64,000 nucleotides of DNA, from assembly GCA_905480435.1 (NCBI GenBank), contig CAJQQK010000104.1:5523-69522 (forward strand), read 5' to 3'. Made by a program: the position numbers and the translations under genes. This DNA comes from an uncultured Hyphomicrobiaceae bacterium. Lineage in GTDB: Bacteria; Pseudomonadota; Alphaproteobacteria; Rhizobiales; Hyphomicrobiaceae. Shown here in pieces: positions 38,713-47,364 of the stretch. Within the stretch, counting starts at the first letter, position 1. Every line of letters begins with the position of its first letter. Under the pieces are notes generated by a model. It was not told the DNA's origin. It ran no database searches and was given only the letters and a program-made list of their open reading frames with translations.

Positions 38713-40251
38713 ATGTCGGCCATGCTCTATCCGATGGCGCCTGTAGTCCAGGAACCGAACAAGGTCGCCTTCTGCATCTCCGAGACCGGAGAATCCGTCA
38801 CCTTCGACCAGCTCGAACGGCGCTCCAATCAAGCCGCGCAACTGTTTCGCTCATGTGATGTACAAGCCGGCGACCACATTGTTTTGCTTGCCGAGAACTG
38901 CCGGCAATATTTTGAAATCTGCTTTGCAGCCGATCGTGCTGGAATCTACTACACGGCGATCAGCACCCACGCCACAGCCGACGAAGCGGCCTACATAACA
39001 GCGCACTGCGGCGCCAGCCTGATCATCGTTTCCGAGGCCAAGTCGGCAATTGCCGCAACCATCCACGATCAACTGCCCGATATCAATCATCGCTTCATGA
39101 TTGGCGAATCCATCGCCAGCTATCAAAGCTGGGACGCAGCTGTTGCCGCGCAGCCCGAGGCGCGCGTTGCCGATGAAATGCAAGGCCTCGACATGCTCTA
39201 TTCGTCCGGCACCACCGGGCGTCCCAAAGGCATTCGATGGCAGCAGGCAGACACGCCACCCGGCCAAAAGACGATGCTCGTCAAACTGCTCGGCTCATTG
39301 TTCGGTTACAGTGTCGACGCGCGCTACCTGTCGCCGGCACCGCTCTATCACGCAGCCCCATTGCGGCACTCGATGACCGTGATCAAGCTTGGCGGCACGG
39401 TCACGGTGATGCAACGCTTCGATGCTGAGCGCGCATTGCAATTGATCGAGACCCATCGGATCACCCACAGCCAGTGGGTGCCGACGATGTTCGTGCGCAT
39501 GCTCAAGCTGCCAGATGATGTCCGCACCAAATACGATTGTAGTTCCCAGCAAGTCGCGCTGCATGCCGCCGCGCCCTGCCCGCTCCAGACAAAGGAGCAG
39601 ATGCTGGAATGGTGGGGGCCTATTCTGCACGAGTATTATGCCGGCACCGAAAACAACGGTTTTTGCGCGATCACGAGCCCCGAATGGATTGCGCACAAAG
39701 GCTCGGTTGGGCGCGCACTGCTCGGCACTCTACGGATTTGTGATGACGATGGCCGCGAACTACCATCCGGCTCAACCGGCACCGTGTATTTCTCTGACGC
39801 GCACCCGTTCACCTATCACAATGATCCGGAGCGCACCGCTGACAGCCGCAACGATCTCGGCTGGACCACACTTGGCGACATCGGTCGCCTTGATGAGGAC
39901 GGCTACCTCTATCTGCTCGACCGCAAGGCCTTCGTCATCATTTCAGGCGGCGTCAACATCTACCCGCAGGCAACCGAAGACCTGCTGATCAACCACCCAA
40001 AGGTTCTCGATGCCGCCGTCTTCGGCATCCCGAATGAAGACTTCGGAGAAGAGATCAAAGCCGTCGTCCAACTCACCGACCCAACTAGCGACACGTCTGC
40101 ACTTGAAGCTGAACTGATCGCCCATTGCCGCGCACATCTATCGTCCCTCAAGTGCCCAAAAACCATTGACGTAACGGCTGAACTGCCGCGTCACGCCAAC
40201 GGCAAACTGCTGAAGCGCCAGATCCGCGACCGCTATTGGCCGGCGGAATAG
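38713..40251 (+). CDS. AMP-forming acyl-CoA synthetase
   Basis: AMP-binding motif YSSGTTGRPKGI, GWTTLGDIGRLDEDGYLYLLDR, C-terminal GKLLKRQIR. ATG 38713 lies 2 nt after the ACAD stop; alternative TTG at 38707. Confidence 0.9.
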   Translation: MSAMLYPMAPVVQEPNKVAFCISETGESVTFDQLERRSNQAAQLFRSCDVQAGDHIVLLAENCRQYFEICFAADRAGIYYTAISTHATADEAAYITAHCGASLIIVSEAKSAIAATIHDQLPDINHRFMIGESIASYQSWDAAVAAQPEARVADEMQGLDMLYSSGTTGRPKGIRWQQADTPPGQKTMLVKLLGSLFGYSVDARYLSPAPLYHAAPLRHSMTVIKLGGTVTVMQRFDAERALQLIETHRITHSQWVPTMFVRMLKLPDDVRTKYDCSSQQVALHAAAPCPLQTKEQMLEWWGPILHEYYAGTENNGFCAITSPEWIAHKGSVGRALLGTLRICDDDGRELPSGSTGTVYFSDAHPFTYHNDPERTADSRNDLGWTTLGDIGRLDEDGYLYLLDRKAFVIISGGVNIYPQATEDLLINHPKVLDAAVFGIPNEDFGEEIKAVVQLTDPTSDTSALEAELIAHCRAHLSSLKCPKTIDVTAELPRHANGKLLKRQIRDRYWPAE

Positions 40252-40410
40252 GCGGCCCAAAGGGCGGTCGCAGCCCGTCATCCCATAAGTAATGTCTGTA
40301 CCGCTACGATCAGCAGACCACCGTCTCTGGCTTGCAGGCGCGCGTCCCTCATGAAACAATTTGCTAGAGTGCAGACTTTGGCACTTCTGGCAGACGAAGG
40401 AGACGTTGCG

Positions 40411-41514
40411 ATGGATGTCGGCTTTATGATGCTTTTCGCCAGCTACGGCTGGGAGAATTGTTCCGATGCTCAGACCTGGCACGAAGAGCTGAGGCTTGCT
40501 GAACTGGCGGCCGATTCCGGCTTCGACGTGATGTGGTCAACTGAGCACCACTTCGAAGACTATTCGTTTTGCCCCGACAACATTCAGCTAATGACCCATC
40601 TCGCGGCGAAACACCCGCACATCGATATCGGCACCGCCGCCGTCATTCTGCCCTGGCATGATCCGCTACGTGTTGCCGAGCAAATTGCTGTGCTTGATTT
40701 CCTCAGCGAAGGACGGCTGCGATTCGGCATGGGTCGTGGGCTTGCCCGCCGCGAGTTCGAAGGTTTTCGCATCCCAATGGACGAATCACGCGGGCGCTTC
40801 GATGAGGCCGCTCCAATGATCATCAAGGCGCTGGAAACCGGCTTCATCGAAGGCGATGGCAAGTTCTTCAAACAGCCGCGCGTTGAAATCCGTCCGCGCC
40901 CGCAACACTCCATGGCGGGTCGCCTCTATTCAGTCGCGACCAGCGAAGAATCCGTCGAGTCGGTGGCCAAGCTCGGCGACGTCCGGATCGTCATGTTTGC
41001 CGACCGGCCTTGGGAACTGCGCGCACCGATCATTGATCACGGTCGCGCCCTGCATCTAAAACACCATGGCCGCCCCGCGCCGCCACCAATGCTCACGGAT
41101 TTCGCGATTTGCGCGACGTCAAATGATCAAGCCGAAGAGTGGGCTCGGCAATATCAAGGCATGTTCACCGAGAGCAATTTTCATCACTACGAATTCCTCG
41201 GCGAGCATTTCAAATCCGTCAAAGGCTACGGCGGCTATCAGCAAAAGGCCGAGTTTGCGCGCAAAACCGGCGGCGATCTATCAGGTGCCGTCGACAACTT
41301 CATGAAGGCTGCCAGCTGGGGCACACCCGATCGTATCTTGCGCGAACTTGAAAAGCGCCGCGAGCTGGTCGGTGACTATGAACTCAACGTCGCCTTCCGC
41401 TTTGGCGGCACGCCGATGAGCGTCGCAGAAGAAGGCCTTAAACTTTTCGCCAAAGAAGTGCTACCTGTTCTCAAAACATGGAAGGCGGCAGATGCCACAG
41501 CCGCCGCAGAATAA
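40411..41514 (+). CDS. Luciferase-like (LLM class) flavin-dependent monooxygenase
   Basis: MDVGFMMLF... WSTEHHFEDYSFCP... FGMGRGLARREFEGF pattern resembling LuxA-like monooxygenases. ATG 40411 after GAAGGAG. Confidence 0.85.
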   Translation: MDVGFMMLFASYGWENCSDAQTWHEELRLAELAADSGFDVMWSTEHHFEDYSFCPDNIQLMTHLAAKHPHIDIGTAAVILPWHDPLRVAEQIAVLDFLSEGRLRFGMGRGLARREFEGFRIPMDESRGRFDEAAPMIIKALETGFIEGDGKFFKQPRVEIRPRPQHSMAGRLYSVATSEESVESVAKLGDVRIVMFADRPWELRAPIIDHGRALHLKHHGRPAPPPMLTDFAICATSNDQAEEWARQYQGMFTESNFHHYEFLGEHFKSVKGYGGYQQKAEFARKTGGDLSGAVDNFMKAASWGTPDRILRELEKRRELVGDYELNVAFRFGGTPMSVAEEGLKLFAKEVLPVLKTWKAADATAAAE

Positions 41515-41525
41515 GGCGCTCAACT

Positions 41526-42107
41526 GTGCAGATTGCCATCACGAAGTTTGCTCTGAGAAACTGGGAGCCTGGCAAGAGCAGCACCCGCATTGAGGGCCTA
41601 AGCCCGGCTGAACTAGTCAATCAGTGCAACCAAGCGATGGCAGCCGGTGCCGATCTGGTGCCGGGTTACGCGCCGTTCTGCAAGCACCTGTTTCTCGAAA
41701 ACGGATCGCCGACACGCTGCGGCTTTGCCCCGATCACGCCTGCCAATCAGCATCTTCTGCGATCCGGATACCACGCCCGCCGCGATGGCGAACTCGCCGT
41801 TTTGGAGCGCTGGTTTGAAGGCCTCAAAGCGCTGCCAGCCAAACACCTCGATGTCATCTTGTATAGCCACGATCAGCTCGTCAAAGAGGCTGCCGGCTTT
41901 ACCGAGGAAGAATCTGACGTGCCAGATTGCGATTGGGGCATCGTCAGCATTATTGGCACGCTGACACCGACCGAACCGCCGATGCCGCCAATCACCCAGT
42001 TGCGTAATGCGCTTGGTACTGCCGAAGGCGGATCGGGCGCAGCGCTTGATCCTGAAGCCTATGCCGGCGCCGTCGCGTTTTGGGATAAGCACGCTGGGAT
42101 CAAATAG
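41526..42107 (+). CDS. Conserved protein of unknown function (DUF3228-like, from memory)
   Basis: 193 aa from a GTG start (VQIAITKFALRNW...), 11 nt after the LLM stop. No catalytic motif recognised. Confidence 0.5.
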   Translation: MQIAITKFALRNWEPGKSSTRIEGLSPAELVNQCNQAMAAGADLVPGYAPFCKHLFLENGSPTRCGFAPITPANQHLLRSGYHARRDGELAVLERWFEGLKALPAKHLDVILYSHDQLVKEAAGFTEEESDVPDCDWGIVSIIGTLTPTEPPMPPITQLRNALGTAEGGSGAALDPEAYAGAVAFWDKHAGIK

Positions 42108-42212
42108 TATTTATTTTGCTCAGTTGACCAAACGCGCTAGGTAAGCGTCATGATCGCCGGGCCCCCTGCGAATTGAGCCCATTGCGTCCTGACGATATCC
42201 TCATTCACCTAA

Positions 42213-43109
42213 ATGAAAGCCGATCAATCCATGAACGATCCAGCATCTTACGAGCCAGCCAAGGTATGGAAATGGGAGGCGCAGAATGGCGGCGCCTTCG
42301 CCAACATCAATCGTCCGATCTCTGGCGCAACAAGCGAAACGAAACTGCCTGTCGGCAAGCACCCACTTCAGCTGTATTCGCTGGCAACGCCAAACGGCGT
42401 CAAAGTCACGGTGATGCTCGAAGAGCTGCTGGCGCTTGGCCACAGCGGCGCTGAATACGATGCTTACGTCATAAATATTCGTGATGGCGACCAGTTCGGC
42501 AGCGGCTTCGTTGACATCAATCCGAACTCGAAAATTCCGGCGCTGATGGATCACAGCACCTCGCCGCCAACACGTATTTTCGAATCCGGCGCGATCCTCC
42601 TTTACCTTGCCGAAAAGTTTGGCGCCCTGCTGCCAAGCGATCCCGCCAATCGCGCCGAGTGCTTGTCCTGGCTGTTCTGGCAGATGGGTAGCGCACCTTA
42701 TCTTGGTGGTGGCTTCGGTCATTTCTACGCCTATGCGCCGCACAAGATCGAGTACTGCATCGACCGCTTTACGATGGAAACCAAACGCCAGCTTGATGTG
42801 CTTGACCGTCGTCTGGCTGACAACAAATTCATGTGCGGCGATGAATACACAATCGCCGACATCGCGATCTGGCCCTGGTACGGCGTACTGACGACGAACG
42901 CCCTCTACGGCGCTGCTGAATTCCTTGACGCGCAGACCTACAAGAATGTCGTCCGTTGGACCAAGGAGATTGCAGCACGCGACGCCGTCAAGCGCGGCCG
43001 CATGGTCAACCGCATCAACGGTCCTCTTGAAGAGCAACTGCACGAGCGTCACGACGCCGGCGATTTCGATACGAAAACGCAAGACAAAGTCGAAGGCGCG
43101 AAGGACTAA
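42213..43109 (+). CDS. Glutathione S-transferase, YghU-like (Nu class)
   Basis: LQLYSLATPNGVKVTVMLEELL..., INPNSKIPAL, ESGAILLYLAEKFG, and a long N-terminal extension as in YghU. Confidence 0.85.
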   Translation: MKADQSMNDPASYEPAKVWKWEAQNGGAFANINRPISGATSETKLPVGKHPLQLYSLATPNGVKVTVMLEELLALGHSGAEYDAYVINIRDGDQFGSGFVDINPNSKIPALMDHSTSPPTRIFESGAILLYLAEKFGALLPSDPANRAECLSWLFWQMGSAPYLGGGFGHFYAYAPHKIEYCIDRFTMETKRQLDVLDRRLADNKFMCGDEYTIADIAIWPWYGVLTTNALYGAAEFLDAQTYKNVVRWTKEIAARDAVKRGRMVNRINGPLEEQLHERHDAGDFDTKTQDKVEGAKD

Positions 43110-43115
43110 CAATTA

Positions 43116-43151
43116 GACCGGCCGCAGGACGTCGTCTGCCTGCGGCCGGTC
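43116..43151. terminator. Bidirectional hairpin between the convergent GST and Rieske oxygenase genes
   Basis: GACCGGCCGCAGG (43116-43128) pairs with CCTGCGGCCGGTC (43139-43151), a 13-bp perfect stem. Confidence 0.65.
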
Positions 43152-43158
43152 AACCAAA

Positions 43159-44304
43159 TTACTTGCCGTATTGCGATGCGATCCAGTGATGGAAGCAATG
43201 TGTCGGGCCATCCATCACAGGCGAGAACTTGCCACCGTCAAAGCCCCTCGCATGGCGCCCCTGCTGCATACCTTCGACGACAAAAATGTCTTCGGCAAAA
43301 ATACCTTTCCAAAGCACAGCATTCTTCTCGCGCAGATCGGCCATCGGTTCGTCGGTCATATCCGGCGCGGCGTAGTAGATCTCGATATGCTCGCGCGTCG
43401 TGGTTTGATCAACAGCTTCTAGCAGGATGGCATAGACATGATCGCGATGGACGCCGAACAATAAGTTCGGATAGAGCGCGATATACTCCGCACCACTATC
43501 CCATCGCTCGGAAATGTTTTCGAAATTGGAGAACGTCCGCCCGCTGTCATCCAACTTCGGATTGTAGACGAGTGATCCTTGCCCCGAATAGAGCCCGTAC
43601 TCATTGATATTGTAGTGATCTTCAAGTCTTGAGTAACTGTTGAGGCCGGGATGCACCCAGGGCAGGTGGTAGCTCTCACAATAGTTCTCGACGGCCAATT
43701 TCCAATTGCAATTCACATCCAGCTTGAATGAGCTTTCCTCGCCACCGTGATGGATCGGCTTTGCAAAATCCTTCCACCGGTTGATCAAGTCAGCCGCATA
43801 TTCCTCGAACGGCGGTGCGGTGCCACTGATGTTGACGAATATGACGTCCTGCCAGACGTGCGCGCGCACCTCAATCAAGCCAAGCTCATCACGCTTAATG
43901 CCATCATGCGCATTGCAGTCCGGCCCGCCGACATGTGGCGTCGCCGCTAACCGGCCATCGGTTCCATATGCCCAGGAGTGATAGGGACACCGGATCACGC
44001 CCTCAATTTTGCATGGCGCGCTGACCAGCTTCATGCCGCGATGCCGACAGACGTTCATATAGACTCGGACAGCGCCCTCGCGATCACGCAGCACGAGCAG
44101 GGGCTGGCCGAGAAAGTTAATCGGTCGCGCGTCGCCAGGCTCGGCCACGTCTTTGCCAAACCCAATGCCCGCCCAATTGTCGAAGAACACCGACTGCTTT
44201 TCGCGCTCGAACGTTTCGCGGTCAACATAATGCTCGTTGGGCAGGCCGCGTGCGGTTGTTACCGGTTCAAGAACACGGTCAAGATTGTTGTCGAGCGGGC
44301 TCAT
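43159..44304 (-). CDS. Rieske [2Fe-2S] non-heme-iron oxygenase alpha subunit (GbcA/CntA/choline-monooxygenase-like)
   Basis: Rieske motif CRHRGMKL...CPYHSWAY. Start MSPLDNNL at 44304 after GGAG; the ORF track starts at 44430. Confidence 0.8.
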   Translation of the reverse strand: MSPLDNNLDRVLEPVTTARGLPNEHYVDRETFEREKQSVFFDNWAGIGFGKDVAEPGDARPINFLGQPLLVLRDREGAVRVYMNVCRHRGMKLVSAPCKIEGVIRCPYHSWAYGTDGRLAATPHVGGPDCNAHDGIKRDELGLIEVRAHVWQDVIFVNISGTAPPFEEYAADLINRWKDFAKPIHHGGEESSFKLDVNCNWKLAVENYCESYHLPWVHPGLNSYSRLEDHYNINEYGLYSGQGSLVYNPKLDDSGRTFSNFENISERWDSGAEYIALYPNLLFGVHRDHVYAILLEAVDQTTTREHIEIYYAAPDMTDEPMADLREKNAVLWKGIFAEDIFVVEGMQQGRHARGFDGGKFSPVMDGPTHCFHHWIASQYGK

Positions 44305-44446
44305 TGGGCATCTCCGATACGTCATTTGACGACTCGGAGTGGAGCAGCTTCTGCCGCAGTTGATTTGCTTGAAATCGACATGGATTGCAGCGGATTGAAC
44401 AAAATTCGAGCTACTCATCCAGAGCTGCAACCGTCACCGATTGGGC

Positions 44447-46867
44447 TCACCCCCGCAAGCGCTGCCCTTTCGGATCAAACGGCGGCTCTTTCAAGACATG
44501 GGCCCGGTGCGGCAGGCCAAGTATAGCGACATCGAAACTGTCGCTGACCGCCAGACACTCAGTTTTAATCATCGCGAGCCCCAGTGATTTGCCGACGTGA
44601 TGACCATATGCGCCGGACGTAATGCGACCGGCAGCCTCGCCATCTGTCGTGAAGATGGGCTCGCCACCAACAGCGTCGGCATTTGTGACCTCAATTTCGA
44701 GCGTCACCAGTTTTTCACGCGCAGGCTTGGCTTTGAGCTCCAGATACGCGTCGCGACCAATGAAGGTGGGCTTTTCGACTTTCACGAACCGTTCAAGACC
44801 AACCTCCTGCGGCCAGTATTCAGGCGAATATTCCCGCCCCCAGCTGCCATAGCCTTTCTCAACTCTGAGGCTCAACAGCGATCGGCTGCCAACCGGCCGA
44901 GCGCCAAGCTCAGCGCCTGCTTCGAGCAATGCATCATAGAGTGCCAGTTGATCAGAGGCTGGCGAGTAGATCTCCCAGCCGAGATCGCCTGTAAAGGAAA
45001 CCCGCAATGCCAACGCCTTGATGCCCGCAATCGTGATATCGCGCGATCGGAAAAACGGAAACGCGTCACTGCTCAGGTCCGCATTTGTCAGTCGCTCCAG
45101 CAGTTCGCGGGATTTCGGACCAGCAACATTGAAGCCAGCCAGTTCGTCCGTTCGCGAAACGAAGGAGACACTATCAGGCCGTGGGACATGATCGAAGAAA
45201 CGCTTGTGATAGCGCTCGGCCATACCTGAGCCGAACATCATGAAATGGTCGTCGCCGCGTTTTGTGATTGTGAAATCGCCAGCAATGCCGCCGCGCAAAC
45301 CAAGCAACGGCGCCAGACACGACTTGCCAACCTCTTTCGGCACATGATTAGCAACGACACTGTCGAGCCAAGCAGCAGCGCCCGCGCCCTGAATTTCATA
45401 CTTCGCGAAATTGGAAACGTCGATGATTCCAACATGATTGCGCAAAGCCTGACACTCATCGCCAACCGGGCCGAACCAGCTTTGGCGTTCAAAACCGTAT
45501 TCGTCGACGGGCTCTGTGCCCTTGCCCGCGAACCACAGCGGATGTTCCCATCCGTAGCTGAGCCCGAAAACCGCGCCCATTTCCTTTTGGCGCTCATAGG
45601 CTGGGCGCGTACGCACCGGGCGGCCGGCATCACGCTCTTCGTAGGGGAAATGAATTTTGAAGCGGTGGCTATAACAGTCGAGCGCGCGGGCCTTGGCGAA
45701 CGGCTTTGATGCCCAATCGCCGTACCGCGACATATCCCAAGGGAACATATCGAGTTCGGTTTCACCCTCAACAATCCATTGCGCGAGCAGCATGCCAAGA
45801 CCGCCCGACTGGCTGAACCCCGGTATGATGCCGTTGCAGCAAAAATAGTTTTTCAGCTCCGGCACTGGTCCGAACAATGCGGCACTATCCGGCGACCAGA
45901 TCATCGGGCCATTGATCACCCGCTTAATGCCAGCCGTCGCCAACACCGGAACGCGTGTACATGCCCGCATAATGTTTTCTTCGATCCGCGATAGGTCATC
46001 CGGCAGAAGTTCATGGCCAAAATCGAGCGGCGTTCCGGCTTCGGCCCAGAATTTTCCATCTTTCTCATAGGCCCCGACCAACAGGCCCTGGCCTTCCTGG
46101 CGCAAATAATATTCACCGTCACGGTCCGCGATCGATGGCAAGCGCCGGCCAATCGCTGCGACCTCGTCAATTGCCTCGGTGACAAAATACTGATGCTCCA
46201 TCGTCATCAACGGCAACTCAAACCCGGCGAGTGCCGCTACCTCCCGTCCCCACAGGCCGGCTGCGTTAACGACGATCTCAGCCTGTATGGTGCCTTTGTC
46301 GGTCACCACATCCCAGCCACCATCTGCGCGCGCATTAGTCTCCAACACAGGCGTGAAGCGATGAATTCTGGCCCCACGCGCACGGGCGCCTTTGGCGTAG
46401 GCGTGCGTCACACCAGATGGGTCAACGTTGCCACCATCCGGCTCCAGCATGACACAGCGCACGCCTTCAAAGTCGACCAGCGGATGCAACTCCTGCGCCT
46501 CTGCAATCGACAGCTCATGAAAATCAAAACCGAAGTAGCGCGCCTTCGCTGCCTGAATACGCAACTGGTGTTCGCGGTCCGGTGTCTGAGCCAGATACAA
46601 TGAGCCCGGCTGATACACGCCACAGCCCTGGCCGGTCTCTTCCTCAAGCTCTTTGTAGAGCTTCATTGTGTAGTACTGCAGCTTGGTGATGTTGTTGTTG
46701 TCGTGCAGGCCATGCAGGCCGGCAGCTGCATGCCATGTTGAGCCTGACGTCAGTTCATCGCGCTCCAGTAGCACGACATCCGTCCAGCCAAGCTTGGTCA
46801 GATGATACAGAATACTGCAACCGACCAGGCCTCCGCCAATAACAACAACGCGCGCATGTGTTTGCAT
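44447..46867 (-). CDS. FAD-dependent oxidoreductase fused to a GcvT/aminomethyltransferase domain (dimethylglycine/sarcosine dehydrogenase-like)
   Basis: N-terminal VVVIGGGLVGCS dinucleotide fold, about 806 aa, C-terminal folate-binding GcvT-like region. Alternative start at 46900. Confidence 0.85.
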   Translation of the reverse strand: MQTHARVVVIGGGLVGCSILYHLTKLGWTDVVLLERDELTSGSTWHAAAGLHGLHDNNNITKLQYYTMKLYKELEEETGQGCGVYQPGSLYLAQTPDREHQLRIQAAKARYFGFDFHELSIAEAQELHPLVDFEGVRCVMLEPDGGNVDPSGVTHAYAKGARARGARIHRFTPVLETNARADGGWDVVTDKGTIQAEIVVNAAGLWGREVAALAGFELPLMTMEHQYFVTEAIDEVAAIGRRLPSIADRDGEYYLRQEGQGLLVGAYEKDGKFWAEAGTPLDFGHELLPDDLSRIEENIMRACTRVPVLATAGIKRVINGPMIWSPDSAALFGPVPELKNYFCCNGIIPGFSQSGGLGMLLAQWIVEGETELDMFPWDMSRYGDWASKPFAKARALDCYSHRFKIHFPYEERDAGRPVRTRPAYERQKEMGAVFGLSYGWEHPLWFAGKGTEPVDEYGFERQSWFGPVGDECQALRNHVGIIDVSNFAKYEIQGAGAAAWLDSVVANHVPKEVGKSCLAPLLGLRGGIAGDFTITKRGDDHFMMFGSGMAERYHKRFFDHVPRPDSVSFVSRTDELAGFNVAGPKSRELLERLTNADLSSDAFPFFRSRDITIAGIKALALRVSFTGDLGWEIYSPASDQLALYDALLEAGAELGARPVGSRSLLSLRVEKGYGSWGREYSPEYWPQEVGLERFVKVEKPTFIGRDAYLELKAKPAREKLVTLEIEVTNADAVGGEPIFTTDGEAAGRITSGAYGHHVGKSLGLAMIKTECLAVSDSFDVAILGLPHRAHVLKEPPFDPKGQRLRG

Positions 46868-47364
46868 GGTCTGGATTCCGGCCTGTTCGTTCAAATTCAT
46901 TGTCTAACAGGCTGGATATTCGTCGATGCCACGACGGTCGGCTTTTGCACACACGTCAATGATTTGCAGGAATGCGCCACGCTCATATCACTTCCGGTAT
47001 TGTCTCCCGCATGTGCCCGCAGCCGAAAGCCCGCCAAGACGTTCGGATGCGGCTCCAGGAGCAGCACTGTTGTCTGCTTGAGATCGGCAAACAATTGTTT
47101 AGCAATAAATTAAGTCACGTATCGTCTTGCCCTCCCGGCCAGGCGGCGGCCGGCATGCAGCAGTACGGCACAGGTCAAGAACCGCCGCGCGAGCCGGGAC
47201 CTTTTGCGCTTGCTATTGGAGTATGGCCTCGCAAACCAAGACGGTGAAAGGCCCCGGACATCGCACGAAGGGTGCGATTCCGGGGATGCGACTTACTGGA
47301 GGTAAATCGTGCGTCGTTGCCCAAACAAGCAGGCCTTTAAACTGTGCTCTATGCAATGCAGCAC

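Noticed and set aside
40379-40393. Sigma-54 promoter-like TGGCAC upstream of the LLM monooxygenase gene.
   Set aside because: The GC element follows TGGCAC with the wrong spacing (TGGCACTTCTGGCA, two nt too short for the -24/-12 geometry). No enhancer-binding protein gene is nearby.
46901-47364. Two-piece tmRNA, SRP RNA, RNase P RNA, or a glycine, ZTP, cobalamin, TPP or SAM riboswitch in the structured intergenic region.
   Set aside because: I checked by eye against the consensus cores I remember. There is no CCACCA acceptor end and no ANDN-type tag frame. There is no AGGUCAGGUCCGGAAGGAAGCAGCC core. The GGAGAG and ACCGAAGGGGCAA glycine boxes, ACUGGCG and CCGCCUGGGC ZTP boxes, and the GCCACUG B12 box are all absent. 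Only vague partial resemblances exist, for example CCGCCGCCTGGCC on the minus strand.
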